The notes: generated from the letters alone by a model not told the origin. A stretch of 64,000 bases of DNA from an uncultured delta proteobacterium (GCA_963848135.1 CAWKCK010000003.1:868001-932000), one strand, 5' to 3'. Positions 50,774 through 60,899 are shown, counted from the stretch's first letter. Program-made: numbers and translations.

Positions 50774-52735
50774 TTAAAATGCCTGCCCGATGTTCAGATA
50801 CACGCGCCAGCGGCCACCGACGATCTTATCCGGTTGTCCGATATCGCCGATGTCCTTTCCGGTCTGCGGATTGAGCTTATAGCCGAAGTCCACCCGAATG
50901 GGCCCAATGACCGTGTCGTATCGCAACCCGACGCCACAGGTGTATCGCGTGTCTGCGAAATCGAGCTGAAACGGCTCCATATCGAGCAATCCGGCGTCCA
51001 GGAAGGTGACGCCGGTTAATTCTTTGTACAAGGGAAATCTTGCTTCAAAGCTGGCATTGAAACCGGTTTGGCCGCCGATAGGATCGTCGTTTCTGTCCAC
51101 TGGCGGAAGTTTCTGGAAGTCGTATCCGCGTACCGTATCGCTGCCCCCCAGATAGAGGCGCTTGAAGGCCGGAATGTATGACGTGCCTTGAATTCCCTGG
51201 ATTGTTTCCAGTTTGATCCGTCCAGCCAAAACGATACTTTTAAATACTTGCTGGTACACTTTGGCTTCGATCGCGGGCTGGTAGTAGGCGAGTTCTGAAC
51301 CGAGAAATTCCGGGGATAGCTCAATTTTCGCTCCAAGATAAGACCCGGTTTTCGGGTTCAACAAGTCATTGCGGGAATCCCGGGCGATCTCCAGACCGAC
51401 AGAGGATATGCGCGTCGTTTGATCCAGGAATGGCAGTTCCCCGAGGTCCAGCGGTGCAGACGCCGCAACACTGTCCTCTTTATTAAAGGACAGACCGTAC
51501 TTCCCTTGCACGTACCAGTTGCGCGTGAGTTTACGGCTCAGGGCCGCTTCGACAAAAATTTTGTTATTTTTATAGGCCGGCGGTTCTTCCAGTTCGTTTC
51601 CGGCCCGGGCGGTCAGTGTGTTTTTAGCGTCTAAAAAATAGGGTTGAACGTACGTCAACTGGATGTTTCGCAGAATAGCGGAAATCCGTCCGCTCAAGCT
51701 CAGCCGTCCGCCTTGACCGGCCAGGTTTCGGTACGTCAACGCGGCTTGGAACCGTAGCTTGTCCTCGGTGCCGTAGCCGGCGCCGAAACGGACACTCCGG
51801 CGTTCTTTCGATCGAAGCCGGATGCTCATCGGAACCGGGTCGCCGCCTGTGGTCGGCGGTCTTTCGGGTTGAATGAGGGCGGTCCTGAAAACATCGAGCC
51901 TGATGAGATTGCGACGGCTGGTTTCGACCTTGCCGGTATTGTATCTCTCCCCCTCGCTGAATACCAGTGCCCGTCGGATGACTTTTTCAGAGACCTTGGT
52001 TCCGTCCTGGTTGATCGTGATCGGTCCGAAAACCGATAATGGACCCGTGTTGACACGAAATATTAGTTTGGCCTGATGGACCGTCGGATCGATAACGGCC
52101 TGGCCGGAAACCTCGGCAAAAGGATAGCCCCGGTTGCCAAGGCCACGGGTAAGGAATCTTTTCGCGTCCTCATAATCGGCAGTCCGGAATACCTGGCCCG
52201 GCTTCAGCGGCAATTCGGCCTCAAGGGTCGCCGGCAGCGTTTCATCTGAAGGTGGGCTGACATCGATATCGATCGATTCGACGATTACCGGTGGCCCTTC
52301 TACTACTGAGAATGATAGCTTCACACGGGGAAGATCGGGCGTCGGTGATTGATCCTCCTTTCTGCTGGCAGCAGTGTTTTGGCCGGATGGCCCCTCTTTT
52401 ACTGTTGCCCGGTCGGTCGGCTGGCTGATGATCGTGACCGATACCGCGGCCTCGGTACTGAAGTAGCCGTTATTGCGGTAGAATTGGCGGATGCGGTTAA
52501 GGTCGTCTTCAATATCTTCTTTTTCCAGACGGGGGCTGGGTTCCCAGAATTTCCAAATCGGTGGCGGCTGAGCGGCCAGCGTTTTGGCCAACTCCTTTTG
52601 CGATACAGAATCTACCCCGCTGAAATCAACCCCGATTAATTCAAATTTGTCAGGGATGTCGGTTCCATACAACATTTGGACCGGTAGAATCAGCAGGATC
52701 AACAACAGTAGGGCTGTTTTTGCAGTATGGGTCAT
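50774..52735 (-). CDS. tamA: Omp85-family outer membrane protein (TamA-like)
   Basis: Signal peptide, 3 POTRA-like units, GGSDTVRGY, GPIRVDFG, terminal IGQAF. Confidence 0.85.
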   Translation of the reverse strand: MTHTAKTALLLLILLILPVQMLYGTDIPDKFELIGVDFSGVDSVSQKELAKTLAAQPPPIWKFWEPSPRLEKEDIEDDLNRIRQFYRNNGYFSTEAAVSVTIISQPTDRATVKEGPSGQNTAASRKEDQSPTPDLPRVKLSFSVVEGPPVIVESIDIDVSPPSDETLPATLEAELPLKPGQVFRTADYEDAKRFLTRGLGNRGYPFAEVSGQAVIDPTVHQAKLIFRVNTGPLSVFGPITINQDGTKVSEKVIRRALVFSEGERYNTGKVETSRRNLIRLDVFRTALIQPERPPTTGGDPVPMSIRLRSKERRSVRFGAGYGTEDKLRFQAALTYRNLAGQGGRLSLSGRISAILRNIQLTYVQPYFLDAKNTLTARAGNELEEPPAYKNNKIFVEAALSRKLTRNWYVQGKYGLSFNKEDSVAASAPLDLGELPFLDQTTRISSVGLEIARDSRNDLLNPKTGSYLGAKIELSPEFLGSELAYYQPAIEAKVYQQVFKSIVLAGRIKLETIQGIQGTSYIPAFKRLYLGGSDTVRGYDFQKLPPVDRNDDPIGGQTGFNASFEARFPLYKELTGVTFLDAGLLDMEPFQLDFADTRYTCGVGLRYDTVIGPIRVDFGYKLNPQTGKDIGDIGQPDKIVGGRWRVYLNIGQAF

Positions 52736-52745
52736 CAGCCACTCT

Positions 52746-52849
52746 TATAGTGGTTGTCAAAAAAACGTTCCGTTATTAGAACGTTTTTTTATAACAATCA
52801 CTGATACCACCCTTTCGAATTTCGGAATGTATTATTAAAAAACGGTATA
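52746..52849 (-). repeat. Dispersed double-hairpin repeat, copy D (inverted)
   Basis: Reverse complement: tataccgtttt...ttccgaaattcgaaagggtggtatc-agtgattg...cgttctaataacggaacgtttttttgacaaccactata. Confidence 0.88.
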
Positions 52850-52908
52850 AACCGGTTTGAATCAGTCAACCGCCGACAAATGAGAACTTTGCATGGTTGG
52901 TGAGGGTA

Positions 52909-54282
52909 TTATCCCCGCGTGCGTGCTTTCCACCGCAGGATGTCGTAATAGGTTACAATTCGATCGACGTAGCGGACCGGTTCGTTTCCCCTTGCGTAGC
53001 CATAATTTGTCTGTCGATAGCACGCGGATTGACTTAGAAGCGGAAGTGCTCGCCTGAGAGCGATCCAGGTGTTGGGCTCAAAGCCTTTTTTCCGGGCGAT
53101 CTCCTGGGCGTCGCGCACGTGCCCGTAGCCGATGTTGTAGCTGGCCAGTGCGAAGAGCATGCGGTCGCTTCCGGGAATGTCTGCAAACAGATCATAAAGC
53201 CACTTGAGATACTTGATGCCGCCCGCAATGCTTTCAACCGGGTCTCGCCGGTCTTCGACGCCAATATCGCCGGCCGTTTCCAATGTCAGTTGCATGAGAC
53301 CCCGCACGCCAGTGTAGCTTATGGCTTCCGGGTCGAAATGGGATTCCTGGTAAATGAGTGCCGCTATAAGACGCCAGTCGAAATCATGGTAACGGGATTC
53401 GCGCATGATGACAGACCTGTAGGCCGGCAGCCGGGAGTCGACGCGTTCATGAAACTTTTTGAGGTCGAAGTAGTCAAACCGATCCCTGCCAGCATTATAC
53501 CTGTCTCGGATTTGGGCGAATTTCCCCTCTCTGGTGATTCGATCAAAAAACCCATTGATTATTCCGGCCAGCTCCCCGTCCCCCTTGCGTACAGCCCATC
53601 CCAAATGCTGGGGACCCGATATGGCAAAGGACTTTCGAATAACCGGGAAATACCGTCGGTTCAAATATGCCACATGAGAATCGGCGATGGTTATATCGAT
53701 ATCTTTTTCGGCCACACGGCGAAGCAACTCTTCAATCGTGACGTTTTTATGCGGTACGATCCGAATGTCGTAGCCCTCGTCATTCAACGCCAAAAGCCGT
53801 TGGTGGCCGGGTGTGCCCCAACCGATGTGGACTTTTTTGCCATTAAGGTCATCCACTGCCCGAATCGTGTGGTTGTCCATGTGGACGATCACATGTTTTG
53901 CCGTTTCCAGGTAGGCATCTGAAAAATCGACAAATTCCCGCCAATCGGTCAGCTGGGGAAGGCCGGCGGCGATGAAATCGCCTTTGCCGTCGTTCAGGGC
54001 GCCCAGCATCTTATCCCATCCCGGTGTGACCACCTGCAGGTCGACACCCAGATAGTCGGCAAACGCTTGGGCCAACTCATACTCGAAACCCGCCGGTCGC
54101 CGCCGATACTGGTAATAATTGTGGGCAGTGGTATCGGTGATCATGACAATTTGACCGGTATCCCATATCTGCTCCAGACGGCTCCGGGGTTTATCGCTGC
54201 AAGCCGTTGTGACAACGAACCATGCAAGCAGCAGTACCACCGGGGTTCGGTGAATGAAGTTATAATGACTTCGGCGTTTCAT
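52909..54282 (-). CDS. mltF: Membrane-bound lytic murein transglycosylase F
   Basis: SBP-3 domain (GFEYELA..FA) plus SLT domain (YQESHF, GLMQLT, ASYNIG.GH, GYARG.EP..YV). Confidence 0.92.
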   Translation of the reverse strand: MKRRSHYNFIHRTPVVLLLAWFVVTTACSDKPRSRLEQIWDTGQIVMITDTTAHNYYQYRRRPAGFEYELAQAFADYLGVDLQVVTPGWDKMLGALNDGKGDFIAAGLPQLTDWREFVDFSDAYLETAKHVIVHMDNHTIRAVDDLNGKKVHIGWGTPGHQRLLALNDEGYDIRIVPHKNVTIEELLRRVAEKDIDITIADSHVAYLNRRYFPVIRKSFAISGPQHLGWAVRKGDGELAGIINGFFDRITREGKFAQIRDRYNAGRDRFDYFDLKKFHERVDSRLPAYRSVIMRESRYHDFDWRLIAALIYQESHFDPEAISYTGVRGLMQLTLETAGDIGVEDRRDPVESIAGGIKYLKWLYDLFADIPGSDRMLFALASYNIGYGHVRDAQEIARKKGFEPNTWIALRRALPLLSQSACYRQTNYGYARGNEPVRYVDRIVTYYDILRWKARTRG

Positions 54283-54308
54283 CGCTAATCCGTGGATTCA
54301 GGGGGGGA

Positions 54309-55742
54309 CTATTCCGGCGGGGTTCTTTCTTTGACCGTGTAGAATACGGTAACAATGCGCTTTTCCCCGGATGCCAGCCTGAGTTTTGCCGGGTTGATCG
54401 CAAGCCCGACCTCGACAGAGCCGGAACGTTTAATCCCCTCTACCGAAACCTTTTCGGTATATATCGTTGTCTGGCTGTCGAGGTATTGACTGGCTCCGAT
54501 AACCTTGACGGCGGTTGGATCCGGACGGGCCTGGGTCAGAATCAATTTGTCGGACAGTGTACCCACCCAATCCACCTGCACGGGGAGCACTCTTTCAGTG
54601 GTGACATCGAGGGAAACCTCAATGAAAGACGGTTGGACGTCTTTCAGAATCACTCCCGGTGGCAGTGAGATGTCGTCCCTGGTTATGCTGAATGAATTCG
54701 GGCCAATAGATGCTCTGTTGAGATCCAGGCGGACGCGCAGCTGGTCGGGGCTGATGGATCTGAGCAGGGACCGCGAACCGCTGAGCTGCAGCTTGACGGT
54801 ATTGTCCGATGTTTCGACGATTTCCTGAGCAGAATCGCGGTTCCTGTATTCTACCGGCACGTCATAGGTTGCGAGTGTATCGAAGCCTCGTGTGATGCTG
54901 AACCATATTCCCAGGGTGAAGGCAATTGACAGAACAGACGCTAGGACGATTTCGATCCTATCATCCAACAGGTTTGAACGACTCCCCAGCCGCAGGCTGG
55001 TGTGATCCCGCAGCCTTTTTTCCAGGGTGGCCTGATTCTGAATGCCTTTGAGGCGACCGTTTTGGGCGATTGTTACGGTACCCCGTTCCTCGGATACGAG
55101 AATGATCAAGGCATCGGAGATTTCTGCCAGACCCAGGGCGGCGCGGTGGCGCGTCCCGTAATTTGACGGCAGGTCATCACGCATGGACAGAGGCAGAATA
55201 CATCCCACCTCTTCAATACGGCGGCCCCGAACGATGGCGGCGCCGTCATGAACCGGATTGTCGGGCCAGAATATGCTTAAAAGCATTTCCTTTGAAACCA
55301 TCCCCTGCCATTGCACGCCGTGCTGGACAATATCGCCCAGGTCGTCTTTTCCGGGGATAATGATCAGGGCACCGATATGGCGACGGGCCATTTCAAAGGC
55401 ACTGTCGGCAATATTTTCTATCGGCGTGGTTGTCTGCTTTTTCGGCAATTCCCACAGGATACCGCGAATATTCTTCGTCTGTAGTACGGCACGGATTTCG
55501 TTTCTGAAGACAACCACCACGATCAGAGCCGCGGCGGCGGTAACGCCCTGGGAGATCCAGCTTGAGACGATTAAGCCCATAGAGGTTGCCAGCCGCTGGG
55601 CAAACCAGATTAACGCCAGACCGAAGAGTACCCGCAAAACATTGGTTCCCCTGAACAGGATGTAGAACCGGAACAGCACATAGCTGTTCAGACCGATATC
55701 GATCACGTCCTGCCAGCGGATGTTGGCGAGAAAACCGTTCAT
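54309..55742 (-). CDS. dacA: Diadenylate cyclase CdaA fused to YbbR (CdaR-like) domains
   Basis: 3 N-terminal TM, HDGA and GTRHRAA catalytic motifs, VSEERG, extra TM, then YbbR-like repeats; start moved to ATG 55742. Confidence 0.88.
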   Translation of the reverse strand: MNGFLANIRWQDVIDIGLNSYVLFRFYILFRGTNVLRVLFGLALIWFAQRLATSMGLIVSSWISQGVTAAAALIVVVVFRNEIRAVLQTKNIRGILWELPKKQTTTPIENIADSAFEMARRHIGALIIIPGKDDLGDIVQHGVQWQGMVSKEMLLSIFWPDNPVHDGAAIVRGRRIEEVGCILPLSMRDDLPSNYGTRHRAALGLAEISDALIILVSEERGTVTIAQNGRLKGIQNQATLEKRLRDHTSLRLGSRSNLLDDRIEIVLASVLSIAFTLGIWFSITRGFDTLATYDVPVEYRNRDSAQEIVETSDNTVKLQLSGSRSLLRSISPDQLRVRLDLNRASIGPNSFSITRDDISLPPGVILKDVQPSFIEVSLDVTTERVLPVQVDWVGTLSDKLILTQARPDPTAVKVIGASQYLDSQTTIYTEKVSVEGIKRSGSVEVGLAINPAKLRLASGEKRIVTVFYTVKERTPPE

Positions 55743-55756
55743 TGAATTCACATAGC

Positions 55757-56218
55757 CTAATCGATGATGCTGAAACGCTGCGTACTCAGAATATTGCCTT
55801 CCTCGTCGGTCACCTCGACCCGCCAAGGTCCTTTGTCCGAACTGCGGAGCTCCATGGCGCTGTATGTTGACCATCGTGACGGTCGTAGCACCAGTTTTAT
55901 GCTCGCCTTGAGATTGTCCCTGAAGTACCAATTGTGAAAGGTAAACGTCTTTTCCGGCACACTGGTGAAGTTGGTGTAACAGTAGACCCGTTTTAGGGAA
56001 ATCGAAAAGGCCTCGGCCTTGTTTTCCGGAATCCCGCTCACGACGTTTTCGCAGATCGCCGTGGCGCCAAGAGCCAATTTCTTGGGTGCCGCCGGCGGTA
56101 CTACTGGTGGCTCTTGGGCTGCCTGGCCCAGGGCGATAGCGGGCAGGAGAAACATAATGAGAAGAATGACCGCGTATAATCTACTGAAATATTTCACGGC
56201 AATGACCCTCTCGAACAC
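55757..56218 (-). CDS. DUF2914-like exported protein
   Basis: Signal peptide; VYCYT, H.WY, RW.TYS, GPWRVEV. Confidence 0.75.
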   Translation of the reverse strand: MFERVIAVKYFSRLYAVILLIMFLLPAIALGQAAQEPPVVPPAAPKKLALGATAICENVVSGIPENKAEAFSISLKRVYCYTNFTSVPEKTFTFHNWYFRDNLKASIKLVLRPSRWSTYSAMELRSSDKGPWRVEVTDEEGNILSTQRFSIID

Positions 56219-56328
56219 TTGCAGGATTGGCTTTTATGAGCATCGTTGACAGGCATCAATACATCACGAAACCCGGTTTCGATCAAGGAGATTCAGTCGC
56301 TAAACAATTGATATGCCTGGGCCAGTAT

Positions 56329-57180
56329 CTACCAGTGAGGCTGGTTGCCGATCCGGTAGCCCATAACCTCCAGGGTTTCGGTTATCACGACAAATGCGCT
56401 GGGGTCGATTTTCCGGATGATTCCCTTGAGTCGAGCGAGTTCTCGTAAGGTAATTACCGTATAAATTATCTGGGTCTCCTTGCCTGAATAACCGCCCTTG
56501 CCGGTGACGACCGTCACACCTCTCAGCAGTTTTGAAATGATCTGTCGGTTGATTTCGGCCCAATGAGTTGAAATGATCATAACGGCCTTGCGTTGGCTCA
56601 ATCCAGTGACCACCAGGTTGAGGATCTGAGAAGTGACGTACATGAAAACCAGGGAATACAAGGCTATTTCCAGGGAAAACCGGGAGGCAGCGAAAAAAAG
56701 TAGACAGATGTTGAAGGACAGGATGGTGGAACCAAGGCGGATTGAATAACGTTTCAAAATCATAACTGACAGAATGTCCAAGCCACCGGCCGATCCTTTC
56801 GAGCGAAGAATCAGGCCCGATCCGATGCCGGTAAGAATCCCGGCGAATAGAGCGGCGAGGAGGTTGTCTTGAATGTGAAATTTTGGAATCGGCAGCATCA
56901 AGGCCAGAGATAATGCGGCCATTCCCGCCAGACTGTACCAGAAGAATCGCCGGCCGATCGCCAGCCATCCCAAGGCAAACAACGGTATATTCATCAGAAA
57001 ATAGAGCACCCCCACCGGCAGAGCCGGAAACAAGTAAGAGACTATGAGAGCCAGACCGGTGATCCCGCCGCTGATAAATTCGTTGGGAATCAAGATGCCG
57101 TTAATCGCTGCTGCGCAGATGACACTGCCGATGCTGATCAGGATCAGGTTGAGGCCGATCTCTTTAAACAATTTTTTCAT
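56329..57180 (-). CDS. YitT family membrane protein (C-terminal DUF2179)
   Basis: GGITGLA, NIPLF, GS.GGLDI, RGVT...G.G.YSG, IDP.AF. Confidence 0.9.
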   Translation of the reverse strand: MKKLFKEIGLNLILISIGSVICAAAINGILIPNEFISGGITGLALIVSYLFPALPVGVLYFLMNIPLFALGWLAIGRRFFWYSLAGMAALSLALMLPIPKFHIQDNLLAALFAGILTGIGSGLILRSKGSAGGLDILSVMILKRYSIRLGSTILSFNICLLFFAASRFSLEIALYSLVFMYVTSQILNLVVTGLSQRKAVMIISTHWAEINRQIISKLLRGVTVVTGKGGYSGKETQIIYTVITLRELARLKGIIRKIDPSAFVVITETLEVMGYRIGNQPHW

Positions 57181-57187
57181 TGTGTTT

Positions 57188-57290
57188 TCTACCGCTTTTC
57201 AGAGATATATTCCGAAATATGGAAGGGTGGTATAAGTTGTTGTAAAAAATAACCTTCGAATAGCGGAACGTTATTTTGAAAACTACTATA
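57188..57290 (+). repeat. Dispersed double-hairpin repeat, copy E
   Basis: taccgcttttc...ttccgaaatatggaagggtggtata-agttgttg...aaaataac...gttatttt...aactactata. Confidence 0.85.
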
Positions 57291-57301
57291 ACATTGTATG
57301 G

Positions 57302-58372
57302 TCATGGTCGATTGACCCGGGCGCCCAGGCCCGGATTATTATTTGGGTACAGAATACCGTTTCGCAGAACCACAGATCCGGCCGCCGGATCGGCTATCAA
57401 ATCCAGGTGGCCGTCAAGGTCGGCATAAACCACGTTGGGCCGCGCGAGAGCGAAGTGCAGTCCGGCGGCAATGGCGAGCGCGGACTCGTCCATGCAACCC
57501 ACCATCACTTCCAGATTCGCGGCGCTTGCAATGGCATTGATTTTCATGGCTTCATAAATCCCACCGACCTTCATCAGCTTGATATTGGCCATGTCTACCA
57601 CATCGTTCTTGGCCAGGCGAAAAGCATCCCCAACATTCATCAGACTTTCGTCGGCCATTACGGGTATCGGCACCTTTTCGGTGATTCGTCCAAGGATGGC
57701 ATGACTCGCCTTCGGCGTCGGCTGTTCCAGTAGCGCCAGCTTGGCCTTGCGTGTTTCCGCCACGAACGTTAGGGTATCTCTTTCGTTAAAGCCTTGATTG
57801 GCGTCAAAACGCAGTTCGACGGCACTGCCGACGGCCTCGCGGATTTTCAATATTTTTTCGATATCGACGGCAACGTCGATACCCCCTTTGATCTTCAGAG
57901 TCCTGAAACCCGCAGCGACGTGTTTGCGGGCTTTTTCAACCGTCTGTTCGATGGGCAGAATCCCGATGGTGATGCTGGTCTTTATCCGGGTACGGTAACC
58001 GCCGAGAAGACGATAAAGCGGGATGCCGGCGATCTGGCCGAGCAGGTCGTAAAGCGCCATATCCACCATAGCCAGGGCGGCCGGCTGCTGGCCGAGACCG
58101 GCGCGCAGTCGCTCGAGGATCAATGCATAACGCAGCGGATCGATCCCGGACAACATCGGCGCAATAGTGGCATCGAATGCGGTCATGACCGACGCGGGCG
58201 TTTCCCCGGTGACTTGAAAATCCGGAGCCGCACAGCCATGACCGATCAGGCCCTGGTTGGTTTCGATCCGTAGAAAAATATTGGTCACCGCGTCGGTGGT
58301 TTCGTAGGCAATGGTGTATGGCTCGGACAGGCGCATCTCCACCGGCCAGGCGTAGACCTGTTGGATTTTCAT
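57302..58372 (-). CDS. Enolase-superfamily dipeptide epimerase / N-acyl amino acid racemase (AEE/DgcA-like)
   Basis: KIK, DANQG, EQP, DES, NIKLMK, GCM.ES, DLD motifs. Confidence 0.88.
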   Translation of the reverse strand: MKIQQVYAWPVEMRLSEPYTIAYETTDAVTNIFLRIETNQGLIGHGCAAPDFQVTGETPASVMTAFDATIAPMLSGIDPLRYALILERLRAGLGQQPAALAMVDMALYDLLGQIAGIPLYRLLGGYRTRIKTSITIGILPIEQTVEKARKHVAAGFRTLKIKGGIDVAVDIEKILKIREAVGSAVELRFDANQGFNERDTLTFVAETRKAKLALLEQPTPKASHAILGRITEKVPIPVMADESLMNVGDAFRLAKNDVVDMANIKLMKVGGIYEAMKINAIASAANLEVMVGCMDESALAIAAGLHFALARPNVVYADLDGHLDLIADPAAGSVVLRNGILYPNNNPGLGARVNRP

Positions 58373-58373
58373 T

Positions 58374-60863
58374 TTAGTATCGCCGATGATAGATATCGTC
58401 CAGGGTCATGTTTTTAAGATCTTCCACCAGAGCCACCAAATGGGCCACCATGGTTTCCCAGATGCGCTCACCCTTTACCGCACTGGCTTTGGTCGGGTCT
58501 CCCATGACGCCGCTGGTCGATATTTTCTGCGTATGGGCGTACCAGAGTATGCCCCTTTTGCCGGTGAAGTTCAGATAGCGACTGGAAAACTCCGGAACCG
58601 AGCGGACGGCCCGGTCCATTTTAACCAGATTGGCGCGGACGGCCAGTGAAGTGCTGGTCTCGATTTCGCCGGCATGGACATCGTTGGGGGTATCCGTCAA
58701 CCGGCTGATGTCCACATCGCTGGTTTCGCCGGTGTCAACGCAGACAAAGATGTGCGCGTCGCGGTTGATCATCTGGGCGGCATAGTTCAATGCCGGGCTG
58801 TTACCGCCGTGACCGTTGATGATCACCAGTTTTTTAATCCCGTTGTGGGCCGCACTGAGACCGACCTCGTAGACCAGGCGGGAGAGGACATCGTTGCTGA
58901 TACTGATGGTCCCCTTGAAATCTTCATGATGGTATGACACCCCGTAAGGAATAAGGGGTAGAACAACCGGTACCGGAGAACTGCATGCCATCGCCACCCG
59001 TCGTGCCAGGTAATCGGCATCGAATGCATCGGTATCCAGTGGCAAGTGGGGACCGTGCTGTTCGATGGCCCCCACCGGCAGCAGCGCAATGTCCATTTCA
59101 CCCAAGCGCTTTTCGGCTTCCTGCCACGTGAGTTCTCCCCAAAGAAAACTGACCGCCGGGGAAGAGCTCGAGGTGTCGTCCTTGTGTCGGTGGTTCGAGT
59201 TGAAATCGAGTTCAAAAGGATACGGGGTCAGAATCTCGGCCGATACTGACGGTATGAATTCCTGCCACGCTTTTCCCTTACGGGTGACTGCGCCGATACC
59301 ATGGGAGCGAAGAAGACTGTAGAGAGGCAGACGCAGGTCAACCGGGATCGCATCCATGGGTGAATACTTCGGATCGAAGCGCATACTCATGATTTCCTGG
59401 TGCGGTTTGAATTCGGGTGCCGGTGCACCGGCCTTACCGATCAACCCTTTGGTCAGCAGCAGATGACCAAGGTGTTCCGCGCCCGCCGGTTCCTGGTGTA
59501 TCCCGGATGTATCGAAAGCCTCCAGGCAGGCCTGTATCTGACGGTCGTTATATCCACAGTGCTGGGGGGCGGCGTCGATAGCCATCAGCATACTGATGAT
59601 GCGGCGGCATTTTTCACATTTACCGCAGGGCTTGATCCGATCGTCTTCCTTGTGGGCGGAATGGCAGGATACCTGGTGTTCCTGAAGTTGAGGGTATCGC
59701 TCGGTCAGAACTTTCTGAATCAACAGTTCGGAAAGGGGACGCAGAACCGAGAATTGGCTCAGTGACCATCCTTTACGCATGTAGTAGCGGGAAAGGGACG
59801 TGTCAAAAAAAACGCTTTGATCGTATAAACCGGAATAGTGCCGGATACCTTTAAATGAGGTTCGGACCGAGGTATCGAATTCGTCTCCGATGAGGATGCG
59901 CCCTATTTTCCTTTTCCTGACCAGTGGAAGGATTCCGAACAGGAAGACAGCGACGGTCCAAAGTCGAATGGGGTACATGTCCGAGCGGATACTGGCGTGG
60001 TTCTGCCGGACAAAAGGCAGGTGTTGCAGCATCCAGTTAAAAACACGGTCCGAATTGACCCAGACCCGGGCCGTGTTGGGCACATGCTCGCGGAAATGAC
60101 GGTAGGTGTTGAGCGCCGTAAACCAGTGGCGGCCGGATTCATTGACGAACACCGGGTGAACTTCGTGTTCGATTTCGTTCAGGAGGCCATAGGTCAAAAG
60201 GCTGTCTTTGCCGCCGCTGGAAAGGATGCAGTGCCGGTGCTTCTCGCTTGGCCACAGATTCCAGGCTGTTTTCGGTGCTTTTTCGGGTGCTGCGACGAAC
60301 GCAATCGATGCCCGGCAGTATTTACTCTTTTTCTCCGGCGGCATCCGGGCGGTTTCTCCCCTTAGAAACGGGTTGGGGCTCAATATCTTATTGACATAGA
60401 TCTCCCGGGCCGTGTTTTCGGCCATATCCCGCAGGAACTGCCGGTCAATATCGTCATAGGTCCCCCGAAAAACGATGGAGCGGCAGAAGAGACCGTAATT
60501 CAAGGCCACCTGGGCAGCCACCAAACTCGCCAGGTTCCATGATTCGGGCTCCGCTGGATCGAAAACATTTTCTTCATAGGAATAGATCAACTCGGTGCGG
60601 TTTTCGGTGCCGTTACAAACCACTGTGTATGCTGCCGTCAATCGACGCGGTTCAAGTTTAATCGGCCCGACGACCAGCTTGTCGATGACTTTAAGGGCGG
60701 AGAGGGTGTCGGTCGAGGAAGAGGCCGACGGCACAGATTTCTCATTTTGGGATGGGGGCTGTTTTGGGGGCATTAATTTATCCGAAAGTCCGTTAATTTT
60801 GATTAATCGGGTGGTGTTCGGCACCATGGGTACGAGAACTTGAATCCGGGAAGACACGGTCAA
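58374..60863 (-). CDS. Fusion: MurL/QueC-like PP-loop ATPase plus creatininase-family amidohydrolase
   Basis: N-terminal SSGGKDS, FSVLRPLSEL, SCH, CGKCEKC; C-terminal GAIEQHGPHLP..TD, NGHGGN, HAGEIETS; start may be 60773. Confidence 0.8.
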   Translation of the reverse strand: MTVSSRIQVLVPMVPNTTRLIKINGLSDKLMPPKQPPSQNEKSVPSASSSTDTLSALKVIDKLVVGPIKLEPRRLTAAYTVVCNGTENRTELIYSYEENVFDPAEPESWNLASLVAAQVALNYGLFCRSIVFRGTYDDIDRQFLRDMAENTAREIYVNKILSPNPFLRGETARMPPEKKSKYCRASIAFVAAPEKAPKTAWNLWPSEKHRHCILSSGGKDSLLTYGLLNEIEHEVHPVFVNESGRHWFTALNTYRHFREHVPNTARVWVNSDRVFNWMLQHLPFVRQNHASIRSDMYPIRLWTVAVFLFGILPLVRKRKIGRILIGDEFDTSVRTSFKGIRHYSGLYDQSVFFDTSLSRYYMRKGWSLSQFSVLRPLSELLIQKVLTERYPQLQEHQVSCHSAHKEDDRIKPCGKCEKCRRIISMLMAIDAAPQHCGYNDRQIQACLEAFDTSGIHQEPAGAEHLGHLLLTKGLIGKAGAPAPEFKPHQEIMSMRFDPKYSPMDAIPVDLRLPLYSLLRSHGIGAVTRKGKAWQEFIPSVSAEILTPYPFELDFNSNHRHKDDTSSSSPAVSFLWGELTWQEAEKRLGEMDIALLPVGAIEQHGPHLPLDTDAFDADYLARRVAMACSSPVPVVLPLIPYGVSYHHEDFKGTISISNDVLSRLVYEVGLSAAHNGIKKLVIINGHGGNSPALNYAAQMINRDAHIFVCVDTGETSDVDISRLTDTPNDVHAGEIETSTSLAVRANLVKMDRAVRSVPEFSSRYLNFTGKRGILWYAHTQKISTSGVMGDPTKASAVKGERIWETMVAHLVALVEDLKNMTLDDIYHRRY

Positions 60864-60899
60864 GCGGGATGGCAGACACAGGTCAACTGTCTCAACCGT

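Noticed and set aside
54283..57301. c-di-AMP (ydaO) or c-di-GMP riboswitch near dacA/yitT
   Set aside because: No recognisable consensus in the short intergenic regions; a covariance search would be needed to exclude it fully
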